Source of the DNA: Candidatus Entotheonellaceae bacterium
GTDB lineage: Bacteria > Tectomicrobia > Entotheonellia > Entotheonellales > Entotheonellaceae
Direction: 5' to 3'
DNA length: 64,000 nucleotides
Assembly (NCBI GenBank): GCA_965238075.1
Contig: OZ250173.1
Coordinates: 2,880,001-2,944,000, forward strand
This document shows, piece by piece, positions 43,893-55,550 of the stretch. A program made the position numbers and the translations under genes. The notes beneath the pieces are model-generated. The model searched no databases. It was not told the origin of the DNA and saw nothing but the letters and a program-made list of their open reading frames with translations. Numbering within the stretch: the first letter of the stretch is position 1; each line of letters begins with the position of its first letter.

Positions 43893-45909
43893 TGGATGGT
43901 AACGAAATTGACCTCCCAATTCTCGTGTGAAGGTATCCGTACGATGCCGATTGTACTTATGCGCGCCGTTATAGCCCCATAAATGCTGCCCGCGAACCAC
44001 CCCGTCTCACAAATGGCTGAGCGCTCCCGCTATTGCTACTTGATCATGATTCAGCGCCTCTACAATCCCCACAACGAATAACCCGTTCAGAACAAAAGCA
44101 AGCAACGCGTCCCCTTGGCGTCCAACATATAACTGCCCGCTCCCCGGTAAAGTGGCCGATAAAACGCCAGCTAGAGCATATCCGGTTCTAACTGTATAAT
44201 TCCGGTCCTGCCTATCCCAAGTCGTCTTTCCCCCAGCATCATCGGCAGGAGACCATCAGCCATGGCCGCTTACCTGTCCCAAGACCTCCGTATCCGCGTC
44301 ATCCGAGCCATCGAAGGCGGCATGTCACGCAACGCCGCCGCCAAACGATTCGGTATCAGCTCCGCTAGCGCCGTAAGGTGGATGCAGACCTACCTCCGGA
44401 CCGGACGCACCCAGGCAAAACCCTGTGGCGGTGACCGCCGATCCGGGCGTATCGAAGCGCATGCCGACTTTCTCATGGGCACCCTACAGGAGACACCCGA
44501 CATCACCCTGGCCGAACTCCGACAGCGCCTTTTCAGCGAGCGTGGCGAGACCTTCGCCATCAGCACCGTCCACGAGTTCTTGCGGCGACATGGCATCACG
44601 TTCAAAAAAAGACGGCACCTGCCCGTGAACAGGACCGTGATGACGTAGCCTGCCCAGCGGCAAGCCTGGATCGCCCAGCAGCCGCATCTTGACCCAGAGA
44701 AGCTCGTCTTCATTGACGAGACCGGAGCCAACACGAAGATGGCCAGGCGGCACGGACGCTCGCCGCGCGGCAAGCGCTGCCGGGCATCGGTGCCACACGG
44801 CCATTGGAAGACCACCCCATGGGTGTGTGGACTTCGCTTGCGTGGTCTGACGGCGCCCATGGTCATTGATGGTGCCCTGGATGGCGCAGCCTTCGGCACC
44901 TATGCCGACTCGTTTCTGGGTCCAAGTCTTCGCGCGGGCGACGTGGTTGTGCTCGATAATTTTGCGGCGCACAAAGTTAAGGGGGTGCGCGAGGCCATCG
45001 GCAAGTCGGGCGCAACGCTCTTGTACCTGCCGCCGTACTCGCCGGATTTCAATCCGATAGAGCAGGCCTTTGCGAAGCCTCAAGGCGTTGCTTCGCAAGG
45101 CGGCAGCATGGACTGTTGACGCTCTGGAGTCGGCCATTGTTACGGCACTGGAGGCATTTTCCCCTGAGGAAGGCGCCAACTATTTCACTCATGCAGGATA
45201 TAAACAGTATGATCCGAAAATGCTCTAGAAGGGGGATTTCCGAGACAGGTCTCCCTTGTTCAGAATTACTTCGACAATTTGTTGGGCTGTCTCGCGAAAC
45301 GAATTATGGGTGGGGATGCTTTGAAATTGTTCCGTGGCCTTCTGCCATTCTTACTGATGCAGCAGCGCCCAAGCATCCCGGTAAGTAGCATGTTCTCCGA
45401 ACGCCGTCCAGGTGAGTGGCGCCTGACAGCATCGTAAAAGTCTTCCGCTGTCTCATATTTGCCCTGTCGCATCAGACACTTACCTTGCCAAAGCCATGCC
45501 TGTTTGCCGTAAGGCGTATCCGGATACAGCTTGGCTACCTCGTCAAAGACCTTCAGAGCCTTGCCATAAGTCCATGCCGCGATAAGAAAGCTAGGCCCAC
45601 GCGAAAGTGGGCCATAGAGCGCCGTATGTCATGCGGGAAGGTGAAGAGAAATCGCCTGTATTCCGTGATGGCACGGTAGTACTCTCTTTTTCGCATCAAC
45701 TCTGCTGCGAAGGCCAACATCGGATCCGGAGAGAACGCCTGTTCTGACGACGATGGCGCGGGCGAGACAGGTTCGGCGTTTAGCCGGAAACCGGGGGCTT
45801 GGAACAGGCAGGGAAGGTGCACAAAACAAAGCATCATGGCGGTCCAAAACCGAAGCAAGCCAGAACTCCACCTTGTGTGTTGAAAGTCTGTTGAATCACG
45901 GCACGACAA
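43880..45909 (-). pseudogene. TPR-repeat / TM2-like membrane protein pseudogene interrupted by IS630 (ends approximate)
   Basis: Frameshifted TPR fragments (EYYRAITEYRRF; YGKALKVFDEVAKLYP...QGKYETA) right of the IS; ...RKSP continues across the IS as LAGVLSATLPGSGQLYVGR. Confidence 0.7.
44172..45227 (+). mobile_element. IS630-family insertion sequence, degenerate
   Basis: TA at both ends; imperfect terminal IRs TAGAGCATATCCGGTTCTAACTGTATA vs TAGAGCATTTTCGGATCATACTGTTTA; HTH orfA (YLSQDLRIRV), A7G slippery site 44604-44611, DDE motifs VFIDETG, VVLDN..AH, LPPYSPDFNPIE. Confidence 0.92.
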
Positions 45910-47875
45910 TTTGTTTGACTGCTTCGAGCTGGCTTACGATTGTGGTGACAGCTCGAAAATCCTGACCCTTCCAGTGCAAGTCGCCCCGGTCGGAATAAAT
46001 GGCAAACAACGGTAGGAACGGCTGGCCTCCAACACCACCCAGTTCCGGGTAGTTTTCGTCCCGTTGAAAGGTCCCAAAGATTTCATCGCTGTCGTAGATT
46101 TTTACAAGCACGGCTTGCTGCAAGGCATTGTTCAATTGGCCGTTGCTTTCTGCCAATCGCTGAAAGGCTTTGCAGTTCGCGCACCAAGTCGCATAGAAGT
46201 CTACAAAAAGAGCCTTGCCTTCGACCCTGGCTCGCTCTTGGGCTAGCGAAAAGTCTCGCAACCAGCGAAGATTCCCGGAAAATTCCACTTGCGAGGCAGT
46301 GGAATCCCCGATTTCCCCTCCCTCGGGCAGCGTAAGCCCCCCCGCGACCATTTGTTGGCCCGTTCCCGATACCGGGATCAGAATCCCCGATTGACCTAAG
46401 CCATTGTAGAGAAAATGCCCCCCCAGAATAAGCAGGATGATTCCCAGAATGCGACGGACTAACTGGCCTTGTTCTGGGGCGTCTCCCAAGGAATGAAACA
46501 AGCCTAGAAAAACGGCGAGCGCGATTGCCAGTATCCCGACAAGGATGGCATGAGCTATGTTCGGCGGCACGGCCGCGGTTTCCATGCCCTTGAGATAATA
46601 AACATAAGCGAAGTAAAGAATTGGAATGCCGAGGAGAAATTTGACCTTTGTAAGCCACGGGCCCGATTGTGGCAGTCCGTTACTGAGCATCCCAACCACG
46701 AGAAAAGGAACCCCCAGTCCCATGCCAAAACTTGCCATCAGGCCAATGCCTCGCAACGCAGTTTCGGCCGGACTGGTACTTCCGGACAACTGGGTACCCG
46801 CCGCTTGGCCAGTAATGTCAAGTAGAATGGCTCCCGCAATCGGACCTACACATGGAGAAATGACGAGACCCGCAGTCGCTCCCATCAAGAAGGTGCCGAA
46901 GAATCCATCCCATCGGCCTGCCGTGTTGTCCAATTTGGCTATGAGTGGTGTAAGAAACTGAAATTCATAGAACCCAATCATGCTCAAGCCGAAATAGGCG
47001 AATATTCCGGCAAAGGCCAGATTCACCCATGCGCTGGTCATAAGGGCTGAAAGGGCTGTGCCTGTGGTGGCCGCAAAAGTCCCGAGCAGAGTAAAGAAAA
47101 AGGTAATGCCCAAGAAATAGACCAGAGCGTTCAGTTGTCCCAGGCGTCGGGCTCCCCCGCCTCGTGCCAAGAGTATCGCCGAGGTGATCGGAATGACGGG
47201 ATACACGCATGGTGTTGCCGAAGCGATGAGGCCGGCTAGGAACACCAAAAGAAGTGCCATGGGGAAATTAGCGAAATGACGTCGAAATAGTGCTGTCAGG
47301 CGTTCGCTCAATGTGAGAGCGGGGGCAGATTGTTGCGTGATGTTCGCCAAGGCGGGGGTGTTTTCGTCAACTGTCCCTTTTGCAAAGCGTATTGGAAAGA
47401 TCGTGATCTTCGGAGGGTAGCAGATATTTGTGACGTCGTTGCAGATTTGGTGGCGCAGCGTTGCAGAGAAGGTGCCTGATGGAAACGTGTCGTCGGAAGT
47501 TTCCAATCGGAATTCGAACGCACCGCTGTCTCGCAACACCGTAGCGTGAACAATGTCGTCCCTGGTGCCCGATGGACGTGAAATCTCAGTGACTCGAAAT
47601 CCGTGTTCCTCCAATGAATCGAAGACAAAAGCCAATGGGATGAAGAACCCCTCATCGCCCCTGTCAAGATACCCATGATGGTCCGCGGGCACACGCACAT
47701 CAACCCGGAATGTCGCTAGACCGGCCTGTTCGTCAACCGTGAAGTCCCGTCCTTGGACTACGACCTCCGGGATGCCAGGGAGCGTATCCTCCAAGGAAAG
47801 CTGGGCCTCAACAGACGTAACCAACGGGGAAGCGAAGATAAGGCCCAGCATGAAAAAACGCAGCAGCAAAGGCAC
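45896..47875 (-). CDS. dsbD: DsbD/CcdA-like thiol:disulfide interchange protein with thioredoxin domain
   Basis: N-terminal QIC.....CYPP, TPCVYP and SPC TM motifs, DFYATWCANC. Confidence 0.82.
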   Translation of the reverse strand: MPLLLRFFMLGLIFASPLVTSVEAQLSLEDTLPGIPEVVVQGRDFTVDEQAGLATFRVDVRVPADHHGYLDRGDEGFFIPLAFVFDSLEEHGFRVTEISRPSGTRDDIVHATVLRDSGAFEFRLETSDDTFPSGTFSATLRHQICNDVTNICYPPKITIFPIRFAKGTVDENTPALANITQQSAPALTLSERLTALFRRHFANFPMALLLVFLAGLIASATPCVYPVIPITSAILLARGGGARRLGQLNALVYFLGITFFFTLLGTFAATTGTALSALMTSAWVNLAFAGIFAYFGLSMIGFYEFQFLTPLIAKLDNTAGRWDGFFGTFLMGATAGLVISPCVGPIAGAILLDITGQAAGTQLSGSTSPAETALRGIGLMASFGMGLGVPFLVVGMLSNGLPQSGPWLTKVKFLLGIPILYFAYVYYLKGMETAAVPPNIAHAILVGILAIALAVFLGLFHSLGDAPEQGQLVRRILGIILLILGGHFLYNGLGQSGILIPVSGTGQQMVAGGLTLPEGGEIGDSTASQVEFSGNLRWLRDFSLAQERARVEGKALFVDFYATWCANCKAFQRLAESNGQLNNALQQAVLVKIYDSDEIFGTFQRDENYPELGGVGGQPFLPLFAIYSDRGDLHWKGQDFRAVTTIVSQLEAVKQIVVP

Positions 47876-48006
47876 AAATGATCCCCCTGGAAACCAATAC
47901 AGATCGTTGCTTTACACCATATCTTGCATAACTCTTGAAAATGGCGGGAAATTTCGGGGAACTCTGAATCCGGGTTTTGTCTCTACCGCCTTAAATTTAC
48001 AGGGCT

Positions 48007-48513
48007 CTAGATGTCTTGCAACTCTTTGCGAACACGACTCAGATATGGGTCTGAAACGGCTGTCGCCGTCTGTGTTGAATGATCCGGACAAGACGCAGGC
48101 AATGCATCTTGCTCACGGGAATGAGGTCGTCTCACCCACCTTGTGGTAAGCAGGATAATCAAACCGGCACCGTTCAGGAGTGCGAAAACAGGCAAAAGCC
48201 ACACCGCCAAAGTGAAGCCACGTTTAGGAGGGGAGGCGAGTACTTCTTCACCACCGATATTGATGAAATACTGCATGATTTCATCCTTGGGCACTCCTCG
48301 CGCTATTTTTTGCCGTATCAACTCTTGCCATTGGCCAGCATGCTCACTCGTGCAATTTAACAACGTGCGTCCCGGACAGGCAGGGCTCATCAACTCTCCG
48401 GCAATGTCTTGCCACGCCGGCTCTTGTGCCGAAACGGGTGTGTACAGTGCGGTCAACGCCACAACCACTGCGATGAGGTGAGCAAAGGAACGGAGCGTTG
48501 CCAAATGCCTCAT
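48007..48513 (-). CDS. ccmH: CcmH/CycL-like cytochrome c biogenesis protein
   Basis: ELMSPACPG.TL..C.S, IRQKI..G...EI..YF...G..VLASP...GF...VW.LP. Confidence 0.65.
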   Translation of the reverse strand: MRHLATLRSFAHLIAVVVALTALYTPVSAQEPAWQDIAGELMSPACPGRTLLNCTSEHAGQWQELIRQKIARGVPKDEIMQYFINIGGEEVLASPPKRGFTLAVWLLPVFALLNGAGLIILLTTRWVRRPHSREQDALPASCPDHSTQTATAVSDPYLSRVRKELQDI

Positions 48514-48605
48514 TGATTCCTCCTGATACCGCTCAAACCGGCTCCCGAAATTGGTATAGACCAAAACCGATGATGAATTCCTGACAGCCTCGGCGGTTAT
48601 GTGGA

Positions 48606-49352
48606 TCATCCCTCTAATTCAGGGCACTCGGCGGGCCAAAGTAGGATCAGACGGCAATAGGGACAGGTATGGAGAGATTCCTGCAACCGAATTTCGGAAA
48701 TCAATTGTGGCTGAACTTTCAGATGACAGCCACCACAGACAGCATCATTGAGATGCACGACAACGGAACCGTCGTTCTGAGCCGTCAACTTTTTATAGAC
48801 CTCCAACAAGTCCGCATTTAGTCCGACGGCCGTCTGGCGCCGTTTCTCTCGTTCGACCAGAATTTTCTGGTTCAGGAGTTCCGAAGCCTGTTCCACCGCA
48901 TGCCCTTGTTCTTGCAGGACATCACGTGCTGCCCGCAGCCGTTGTTCTTGCACCCCCTTCGCCTGGCGCTTCTGCTCCGCCTGCTCCATGAGTTGCAGTA
49001 GCTGATCCTCTATGCACGTCATCTGCTGCTTGCCAGCATCGATTTCCGCAAGCACGGCGCTGTATTCCCTATTGGTCTTTACCTCGCGGAGCTTACGCTG
49101 GACCTTGTCGAGAGCGTCCTGGGTACTTTGCAGTTCCATCTCCAGGTCGCGCTGCTGGCGTTCATTGCGGTCGATTTCGACCTGCACCGATTCCAACTCC
49201 TCGCGCGCCTCATTATGGGCACGCTTGGGCGCCTCGAGTTGCCGTGGAAGCGCCTGCTGCTCCCTGCGTAGTGAACGCAATTGGTCATCGACCTTTTGTA
49301 AAGCCGTCAAGAGTGTCAACTGTCCACGCATCGTCCACCTTTCCTTATTCAT
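48606..49352 (-). CDS. Coiled-coil protein with C-terminal C4 zinc ribbon (DUF164/CT398-like)
   Basis: LQKVD, coiled coil, CGGC...CPYC; usual position after rpoD-tRNA. Confidence 0.85.
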   Translation of the reverse strand: MNKERWTMRGQLTLLTALQKVDDQLRSLRREQQALPRQLEAPKRAHNEAREELESVQVEIDRNERQQRDLEMELQSTQDALDKVQRKLREVKTNREYSAVLAEIDAGKQQMTCIEDQLLQLMEQAEQKRQAKGVQEQRLRAARDVLQEQGHAVEQASELLNQKILVEREKRRQTAVGLNADLLEVYKKLTAQNDGSVVVHLNDAVCGGCHLKVQPQLISEIRLQESLHTCPYCRLILLWPAECPELEG

Positions 49353-49380
49353 GGACGAATCAAACCACCTTGTGGTCAGG

Positions 49381-49453
49381 TGGGCCCACCTGGCCTCGAA
49401 CCAGGGACCTACCGGTTATGAGCCGGGGGCTCTTCCAACTGAGCTATGGGCCC
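49381..49453 (-). tRNA. tRNA with CAT anticodon, probably tRNA-Ile2
   Basis: GGGCCCA/TGGGCCC acceptor stem, loop CTCATAA; no initiator C1:A72 mismatch; position after rpoD. Confidence 0.88.
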
Positions 49454-49542
49454 ACTTGTCCTGGGAGCGTTTGCTCCCGGAGCCTGGGTTGTCGTATTCC
49501 CACGACCAACACCGCCGGGTATCAACGGAATTCCTGCCAGCA

Positions 49543-51303
49543 TCATGCATGTTCGGCGAAGTGTCGCAGCATCCTGCTTCGACTTGGATGGCGCAGCTTG
49601 CGAAGTGCCTTGGCCTCGATCTGTCGAACCCGCTCACGGGTGACGTCGAAATCATGTCCCACTTCTTCGAGGGTGTGCGCCATATCCACACCAATGCCGA
49701 ATCGCTTGCGCAGAACCCGCTCTTCGCGCGGTGTCAGCGTTTGCAGCACCTTGAGTGTCTGTTCCTTCAAATTCGTGCGAATCACCGATTCAGCAGGCGA
49801 GGTGATTTTCTTGTCTTCGATGAAATCACCCAAATGGCTGTCCTTTTCCTCACCGATGGGCGTTTCCAGCGATATGGGTTCTTTGGCAATCTTCAACACC
49901 TTTCGCACTTTGTCCACTGGCAAGTCGAGGCGCTGGGCAATCTCCTCCGGCAGCGGTTCACGGCCATTTTCCTGCACCAACTGACGCGTCGTACGAACGA
50001 GCTTGTTGATTGTCTCAATCATGTGAACCGGAATACGAATCGTCCGTGCCTGGTCCGCGATTGCCCGCGTGATTGCCTGACGAATCCACCAAGTGGCGTA
50101 GGTGCTGAATTTATAGCCGCGGCGGTATTCGAATTTGTCCACCGCCTTCATGAGGCCAATGTTGCCTTCCTGAATGAGATCAAGGAAATGCAAGCCGCGG
50201 TTGGTGTATTTCTTGGCGATGCTGACCACCAATCGAAGGTTCGCCTCCGCCAATTCGCGTTTCGCGTCGCGGTCCTTTTGCTGACAGTGATAGACGCGCT
50301 GCAGCATGTCCACGAACTCTTGGCAGGTGAGACCAACTTCGGACTCCTGCCGATGCGCAATACAAAAGGCCTCCTGCACACAGTATTCGAGACTCGAACA
50401 TTCCGGCTGTGGGTGGTCCGCGGAGGAGCCGTTACGGGCCATCCGCACATGGTGTTCGTGCATACAGCGGTGGAACACCCTCGCATCACCATTGGCTTGC
50501 TGCACGCAAGAAGCAACGTTACGCTCGCAGGCACGGAGACGCTGTAACAGGCCATTGCTTTCGTTCACGATAATGTCGATGAGATCGGCGGTGAGATTGA
50601 GCTCCTTGGTCAACTTGGTGATGACATTGCCCAAAGTCTTCTCTTGCTTGAGCAATTCCTTGCGTTGTCCGGCAGTAAGCGTCTCGGATCGTGTTTGCGC
50701 TCGCAAATTACTGTTTTTGACATAGAGTTCACGCAAGCGGTTAACAATCTTATTCATCCTGGAATCGGGCGTCATCCATGGCTCTTCCGTGGCGTCGCTT
50801 TCTTCCAAGTTAAGATCGTCTTCCTCACTCGCAACGCCTTGGCCGACATATCCCTTCAAACCGAGCTCTAATAGCCCCCGTCCGACAAACTTATTGGACA
50901 CAATCGCCTGCACAACTTCATTGTGCGCGTCCTCAATGCGCTTGGCTATTTCGACCTCGCCCTCGCGTGTCAGCAAGGGAATAGAGCCCATTTCGCGAAG
51001 ATACAAGCGTACCGGGTCGTCGGTTTTCCCCAGCACGTCAGCCGATAAATCGATCAGCCGGCCCTCGTCAAGATAGTCCACCGACAGGCCATTGTCGTGT
51101 GTACCGGAAGCCCTTTCGGACACCCTTTCAGGCTCAATGAGGTCCAGGTCCAAATCGCCAAACGTGATCAACTCGTCAATCTGCTCTGAAGACACAGCCT
51201 CGCGAGGCAGAATGCTGCGCACCTCCTCGTAGGGAAGATGCCCCTCCTCCTTACCCAGGGAAATCAACTGTTTGAGTTCACCGCGCCTATCTTTCTTTAC
51301 CAT
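49543..51303 (-). CDS. rpoD: Primary sigma factor sigma-70
   Basis: [43 protein letters not shown]. Confidence 0.97.
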   Translation of the reverse strand: MVKKDRRGELKQLISLGKEEGHLPYEEVRSILPREAVSSEQIDELITFGDLDLDLIEPERVSERASGTHDNGLSVDYLDEGRLIDLSADVLGKTDDPVRLYLREMGSIPLLTREGEVEIAKRIEDAHNEVVQAIVSNKFVGRGLLELGLKGYVGQGVASEEDDLNLEESDATEEPWMTPDSRMNKIVNRLRELYVKNSNLRAQTRSETLTAGQRKELLKQEKTLGNVITKLTKELNLTADLIDIIVNESNGLLQRLRACERNVASCVQQANGDARVFHRCMHEHHVRMARNGSSADHPQPECSSLEYCVQEAFCIAHRQESEVGLTCQEFVDMLQRVYHCQQKDRDAKRELAEANLRLVVSIAKKYTNRGLHFLDLIQEGNIGLMKAVDKFEYRRGYKFSTYATWWIRQAITRAIADQARTIRIPVHMIETINKLVRTTRQLVQENGREPLPEEIAQRLDLPVDKVRKVLKIAKEPISLETPIGEEKDSHLGDFIEDKKITSPAESVIRTNLKEQTLKVLQTLTPREERVLRKRFGIGVDMAHTLEEVGHDFDVTRERVRQIEAKALRKLRHPSRSRMLRHFAEHA

Positions 51304-51383
51304 AGTTGATTGGACCTCCCTCCCTCCTGGATTGCGCTTCTTACCGGCTAGCGGGTAACGGTATCTGTGGAATAATTCATAAT

Positions 51384-53177
51384 CTACAAAACCGCGGGCT
51401 GCCTCTCCTTTGCCAACAACGTTGCCCGCTCCAAAAGCCGCTGCCGCTCAGCCTCGTTGCTTTCAGACTCGAGCCGCTGTTTGACTTGTCGCAACTGGAG
51501 TTTGTAGCGACGTTGACGCATCTTCTCGAGGCAATCTCGCATGACCTGAGCATCTCCCGTAGATGCGGGGGGCAGTGATTGCACGGCTATCTGGGTGAGA
51601 AGTACGTCTTGCTTGTCGCTAGCCTCGTCATGCAGCCTCTGGGACCAGCGTTCGTCCTCACCATGCGGGGCAAATTGCAACAAGAGCGAATAAACACTGC
51701 CGAGGTCGGCGTCCATGAAATCGGTGGGGGCTATATGGGAATCGACCTTGGACAACAATTCCGGCCGGTGATACAGCAAATGCACCAAGTCGTACTCCTC
51801 AGGAAACCGCCTCGTCACTGAACGCGACGGGAGGGGGTTAGCCTGCCGCTGTGCAGCAGGGGAAAAGCGCCCGGACGCTCGCGCAAAAAGTTGCCGCTTC
51901 AAATCCTGTGGCGGAACCCCGAGTTTCTCGGCCAGGAACACCAGATGGCCCCACCGCTCCACTTCGTTGTCCAGCTTCCGCAGGAGAGGCGCAATGCGTT
52001 CAACAAAATCCCCACGACCGGCGGGCGTTTGCAGGTCAAAGCCATGTTGCGCGCGGGCCACGAGATAGGCCGGGAATGTCATGGCGTTCTTAACGCAATC
52101 CAGAAATTCTTCCCCCGTGTGGTTCCGTAGGAAGCTGTCAGGGTCCTCCGAGGCGGGGAGCGTCGCAATGCGCACTCGAACCCCCGCGTCCAGAAACAGC
52201 GCAATACTGCGCTCCGCGGCCTTGCCGCCCGCCTCATCGCTATCAAAAACCAGAACGGCCTCCTTGACGACGCCCCTCAGTTGCCCGACGTGACGGTCGG
52301 TCAGAGCCGTGCCCAACGTGCCCACCACGTGCGTCACACCCTGCCTGTGGCAAGCCAGGACATCCGTATAGCCTTCAACGACGATCACCTGTTCATGCTG
52401 ACGTATTGCTTGCCGAGCCAAGTGCAGGCCATAGAGCGTTTGCCCCTTGTGGAAAATGGGTGTCTCCGGCGAATTCAGATATTTCGGCACATTACCATCA
52501 GCAGACTCGTCAAGCGCGCGTGCACCGAATGCCACTGGACGACCCAACCGGTCGTGAATCGGAAATACGATACGATTGCGGAAACGGTCGTACACGCGCC
52601 GCTGCGGTTCGTGGCGGGCAACCACAAGGCCGCCCTCGATTAACAACTCCTCCGCGAACCCCTGTTGCAGCATCGTCTGCCTTAAGGCCTCCCAAGCCTG
52701 CGGGGCATAACCCAACTCGAAACGGGCCGCCAGGTCACTGGAAATCTGGCGTTGACGACAAAAGGCGCGTCCAGCCTCAGCGACCGGGTCGCGCCGCAGG
52801 CCATCATGAAAGAAGGTAACAGCGGCTCGAAGCAGATCATACAATGGCTTGTGCTTGTCCGGCTTTTGGGCTGTGCGCATCTCCGGGATATGCACGCCAT
52901 AGCGCGACGCCAACATCTGAATCGCATCGGGAAACGTCAGCGACGCCTGTTGCATGAGAAAGCCCACCGCGTTTCCTTTGGCTTGGCAACCGAAACAATA
53001 AAAAAACCCCTTCGCCGGACTCACCGTGAACGAAGGGGTTCTCTCGTTGTGAAAAGGGCACAACCCCTTATAGTTTTCACCCGCCTTCTTGAGCAGAACA
53101 TAGTCACCGACGACGTCGGCAATATCAGCCCTCAGCAGGACTTCCTGAACGATCTCTTCAGGAATGCGCTGGCTCAC
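51384..53177 (-). CDS. dnaG: DNA primase
   Basis: [34 protein letters not shown]. Confidence 0.97.
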   Translation of the reverse strand: MSQRIPEEIVQEVLLRADIADVVGDYVLLKKAGENYKGLCPFHNERTPSFTVSPAKGFFYCFGCQAKGNAVGFLMQQASLTFPDAIQMLASRYGVHIPEMRTAQKPDKHKPLYDLLRAAVTFFHDGLRRDPVAEAGRAFCRQRQISSDLAARFELGYAPQAWEALRQTMLQQGFAEELLIEGGLVVARHEPQRRVYDRFRNRIVFPIHDRLGRPVAFGARALDESADGNVPKYLNSPETPIFHKGQTLYGLHLARQAIRQHEQVIVVEGYTDVLACHRQGVTHVVGTLGTALTDRHVGQLRGVVKEAVLVFDSDEAGGKAAERSIALFLDAGVRVRIATLPASEDPDSFLRNHTGEEFLDCVKNAMTFPAYLVARAQHGFDLQTPAGRGDFVERIAPLLRKLDNEVERWGHLVFLAEKLGVPPQDLKRQLFARASGRFSPAAQRQANPLPSRSVTRRFPEEYDLVHLLYHRPELLSKVDSHIAPTDFMDADLGSVYSLLLQFAPHGEDERWSQRLHDEASDKQDVLLTQIAVQSLPPASTGDAQVMRDCLEKMRQRRYKLQLRQVKQRLESESNEAERQRLLERATLLAKERQPAVL

Positions 53178-53181
53178 CTTT

Positions 53182-55506
53182 TTATCCTTCAAGCTCAACG
53201 ACCGTTACGCCGCCGCCCGCATCACCGACCTGAAAGCGTCGGACTAGGGGGTGGCGTTCGAGCACGGCGGCGATGCCAGCACGCAACCGTCCGCTGCCAA
53301 TGCCATGAATAAGCCGTACACGGGGAAAGCCTTGCAACGAGGCCTCGTCAAGGTATTTCTCGACGGCGGGAACTGCCTCGGATAACGTGGCACCGCGCAG
53401 ATGCAATTCGGGAGCCAGCGATGCAGGCGGCGGCCCCTTGGTGCCATTGGAAGCGTGGTTTGAAGCTTTCACATCCTCATCGGCACGCTCGAGTTCCGAA
53501 GCAGCCACGATGACGGTCTTGTTCCCGATTTCGACCGTTACGCTGCCCGCACCCGTGACGGGCGTGCGTAACCGACCCTTGATGTTGAGACCTCGCACGC
53601 GCACGTCGTCTCCCACCTGCAAAGACGGCGCAGGCTGAGGTGATGCCGGGGTAGGGGCCAATGATTCAATTGTCTCCACGACGCGCTGCCATTCGTCACG
53701 CGGAAAGGCAGCGGGCGTGCCGTTCCCCGATAACTGACGGAGGGAGCCCAAAAGCGTGTCGAGCTCCTGCCTAGCCGTCTTGAGTAGTGCTTGGCCTTCA
53801 CGAAAGAACAGCTCACGAATACGTCGCTCTTCGGTCGAAGCGTCAGACAAAATTTGCTGCGCCTCAGCATGCAGCCGCTCTGTTTCCTCCTGCTTCCGCC
53901 GTATGCGCTGCTGCTCGTCATCCATGGTCTGACGTTTTGCTTCCAACCGAGCCAACAGAGACTCGCTGCGCATCTGGGTCGCACCAGCCTCTTGCTCAGC
54001 GCGGGTGATGATCTCCGCTGGAAATCCCAGTTTCTGGGCAATGGCGAAGGCTTTGCTGCGGCCCGGTAGACCATAAACAAGTTGGTAGCGCGGCTGCAAC
54101 GTATCAAGATCAAAATCGACCGCCGCACAGACAATATCCGGAGTCGCCATGGCAAAAGCTTTGATGGCGCTGTGGTGTGTCGTAACCAACGTCAGCGCCT
54201 CACTGGCATGGAAGTATTCCAGAATTGCCGTTCCCAGCGGTCCCCCTTCCAACGGGTCCGTGCCAGCGCCCAGTTCGTCCAGGAGCACCAGAGAGTCGGC
54301 AGACACCTGCTTTGTCATGGTGTGAATATTCTTCAGATGGGCGGAAAACGTACTGAGGTTCTGCTGCAGGTTTTGTTCGTCTCCCATGTCGACGAAAATC
54401 TCTCTGCACAGGGGCAGTTCACTTTCGCCGTGCGCGGGAATGTGCAAGCCAGACTGAGCCATCGCGCTGAGCAATCCCACCGTCTTGAGCACTGCCGTCT
54501 TACCGCCAGTGTTGGGTCCGGTAATAACCAAGGTCCGTTCCTGCGGCCCCAAATGAACGTCGATCGGTACCGGATCGGTTAGCAGAGGGTGGCGTGCCGC
54601 GACAAGCCGCAAGCGTTTCTCCGTGGTGGTAATACGGGGCGCGATACCATGCATGCGTTGGCTCAGTCGCCCCTTGGCAACGATCAAGTCGACCTCACCT
54701 AGGAGTTGCAGTGCCTGTTCAACGGCGACACGCTGGATGGCCAATCTCTCGGTGAGTTCACGCAAGACCTCTCGTACGGCTCGTTCGTCTTTGGCGCGGG
54801 TCTGCAACAAATGATTGTTGAGGCCCACCACGATGTCCGGTTCGACGTACACGGTGGCACCGCTGGCCGATTCCCCATGCACTATACCTCGTAGGGTTCG
54901 ACGGAAATCCGTTTTCAGCGGCACAACAAAGCGGTCGTTGCGGATCGTCACGACAGCGTCCTGTACCACCGAACTGTGCGTGGCCATCAACCTCAGCAAC
55001 GTACGGTGAATGCGCTCGCTGGTGTGGTTCAACGTTTTCCGGATTTCTTGCAGAAGCGGGCTGGCGCTATCACGCACCGCGCCTCTTTCATCGATGGCGC
55101 TGCGAATCTGACGTAGGAAAATGCTGAAGTCTGAGAGGGAAGCCGACCGACGTGCGAGGAGGGGAATGCGCTGAGAGTTATGCTGGGTAAACCGTCGAAG
55201 TTGTTGAAGAACCTCGAGACAATCAGCCACTTCCAGAAACTGCTGGCCTTCCAGGTGATACCCGGCGAGTTGCGCCGCCTCCACATGGATGCGGAGATCA
55301 GTGACCGGCGCTAAAGGCGGATCATCGCCGGTGGCCAGCAAGTCCGTCATTTCGGAAGTTTCGCGTAACTGGATATCCAGCAAGGCCAAATCCGTATGAG
55401 GTTGTAACTGCTGAGCGAGGGTTTTGCCCATGGGCGTGACGGTGTAGGTTCGCAGTTCGTCTCGAATGAGATCGTAATCCAGCACCTTAACCGTATGTTC
55501 ATTCAT
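53182..55506 (-). CDS. mutS2: MutS2 with C-terminal Smr domain
   Basis: SASGATV..EP, ITGPNTGGKT, LSTFS.H, DELGAGTDP, IHG.GSG.LR. Confidence 0.95.
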   Translation of the reverse strand: MNEHTVKVLDYDLIRDELRTYTVTPMGKTLAQQLQPHTDLALLDIQLRETSEMTDLLATGDDPPLAPVTDLRIHVEAAQLAGYHLEGQQFLEVADCLEVLQQLRRFTQHNSQRIPLLARRSASLSDFSIFLRQIRSAIDERGAVRDSASPLLQEIRKTLNHTSERIHRTLLRLMATHSSVVQDAVVTIRNDRFVVPLKTDFRRTLRGIVHGESASGATVYVEPDIVVGLNNHLLQTRAKDERAVREVLRELTERLAIQRVAVEQALQLLGEVDLIVAKGRLSQRMHGIAPRITTTEKRLRLVAARHPLLTDPVPIDVHLGPQERTLVITGPNTGGKTAVLKTVGLLSAMAQSGLHIPAHGESELPLCREIFVDMGDEQNLQQNLSTFSAHLKNIHTMTKQVSADSLVLLDELGAGTDPLEGGPLGTAILEYFHASEALTLVTTHHSAIKAFAMATPDIVCAAVDFDLDTLQPRYQLVYGLPGRSKAFAIAQKLGFPAEIITRAEQEAGATQMRSESLLARLEAKRQTMDDEQQRIRRKQEETERLHAEAQQILSDASTEERRIRELFFREGQALLKTARQELDTLLGSLRQLSGNGTPAAFPRDEWQRVVETIESLAPTPASPQPAPSLQVGDDVRVRGLNIKGRLRTPVTGAGSVTVEIGNKTVIVAASELERADEDVKASNHASNGTKGPPPASLAPELHLRGATLSEAVPAVEKYLDEASLQGFPRVRLIHGIGSGRLRAGIAAVLERHPLVRRFQVGDAGGGVTVVELEG

Positions 55507-55550
55507 GCATGCACCTACGTAAGGCATGGAAAACAGAGATCAAGGTGCTC

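Noticed and set aside
49012..50547. 511-aa plus-strand ORF
   Set aside because: Antisense shadow of rpoD, the tRNA and the zinc-ribbon gene; no recognisable motifs
53182..55506. mutS2 between rpsU and dnaG as a novel arrangement
   Set aside because: I recall similar rpsU-mutS2-dnaG-rpoD orders in other lineages; not distinctive
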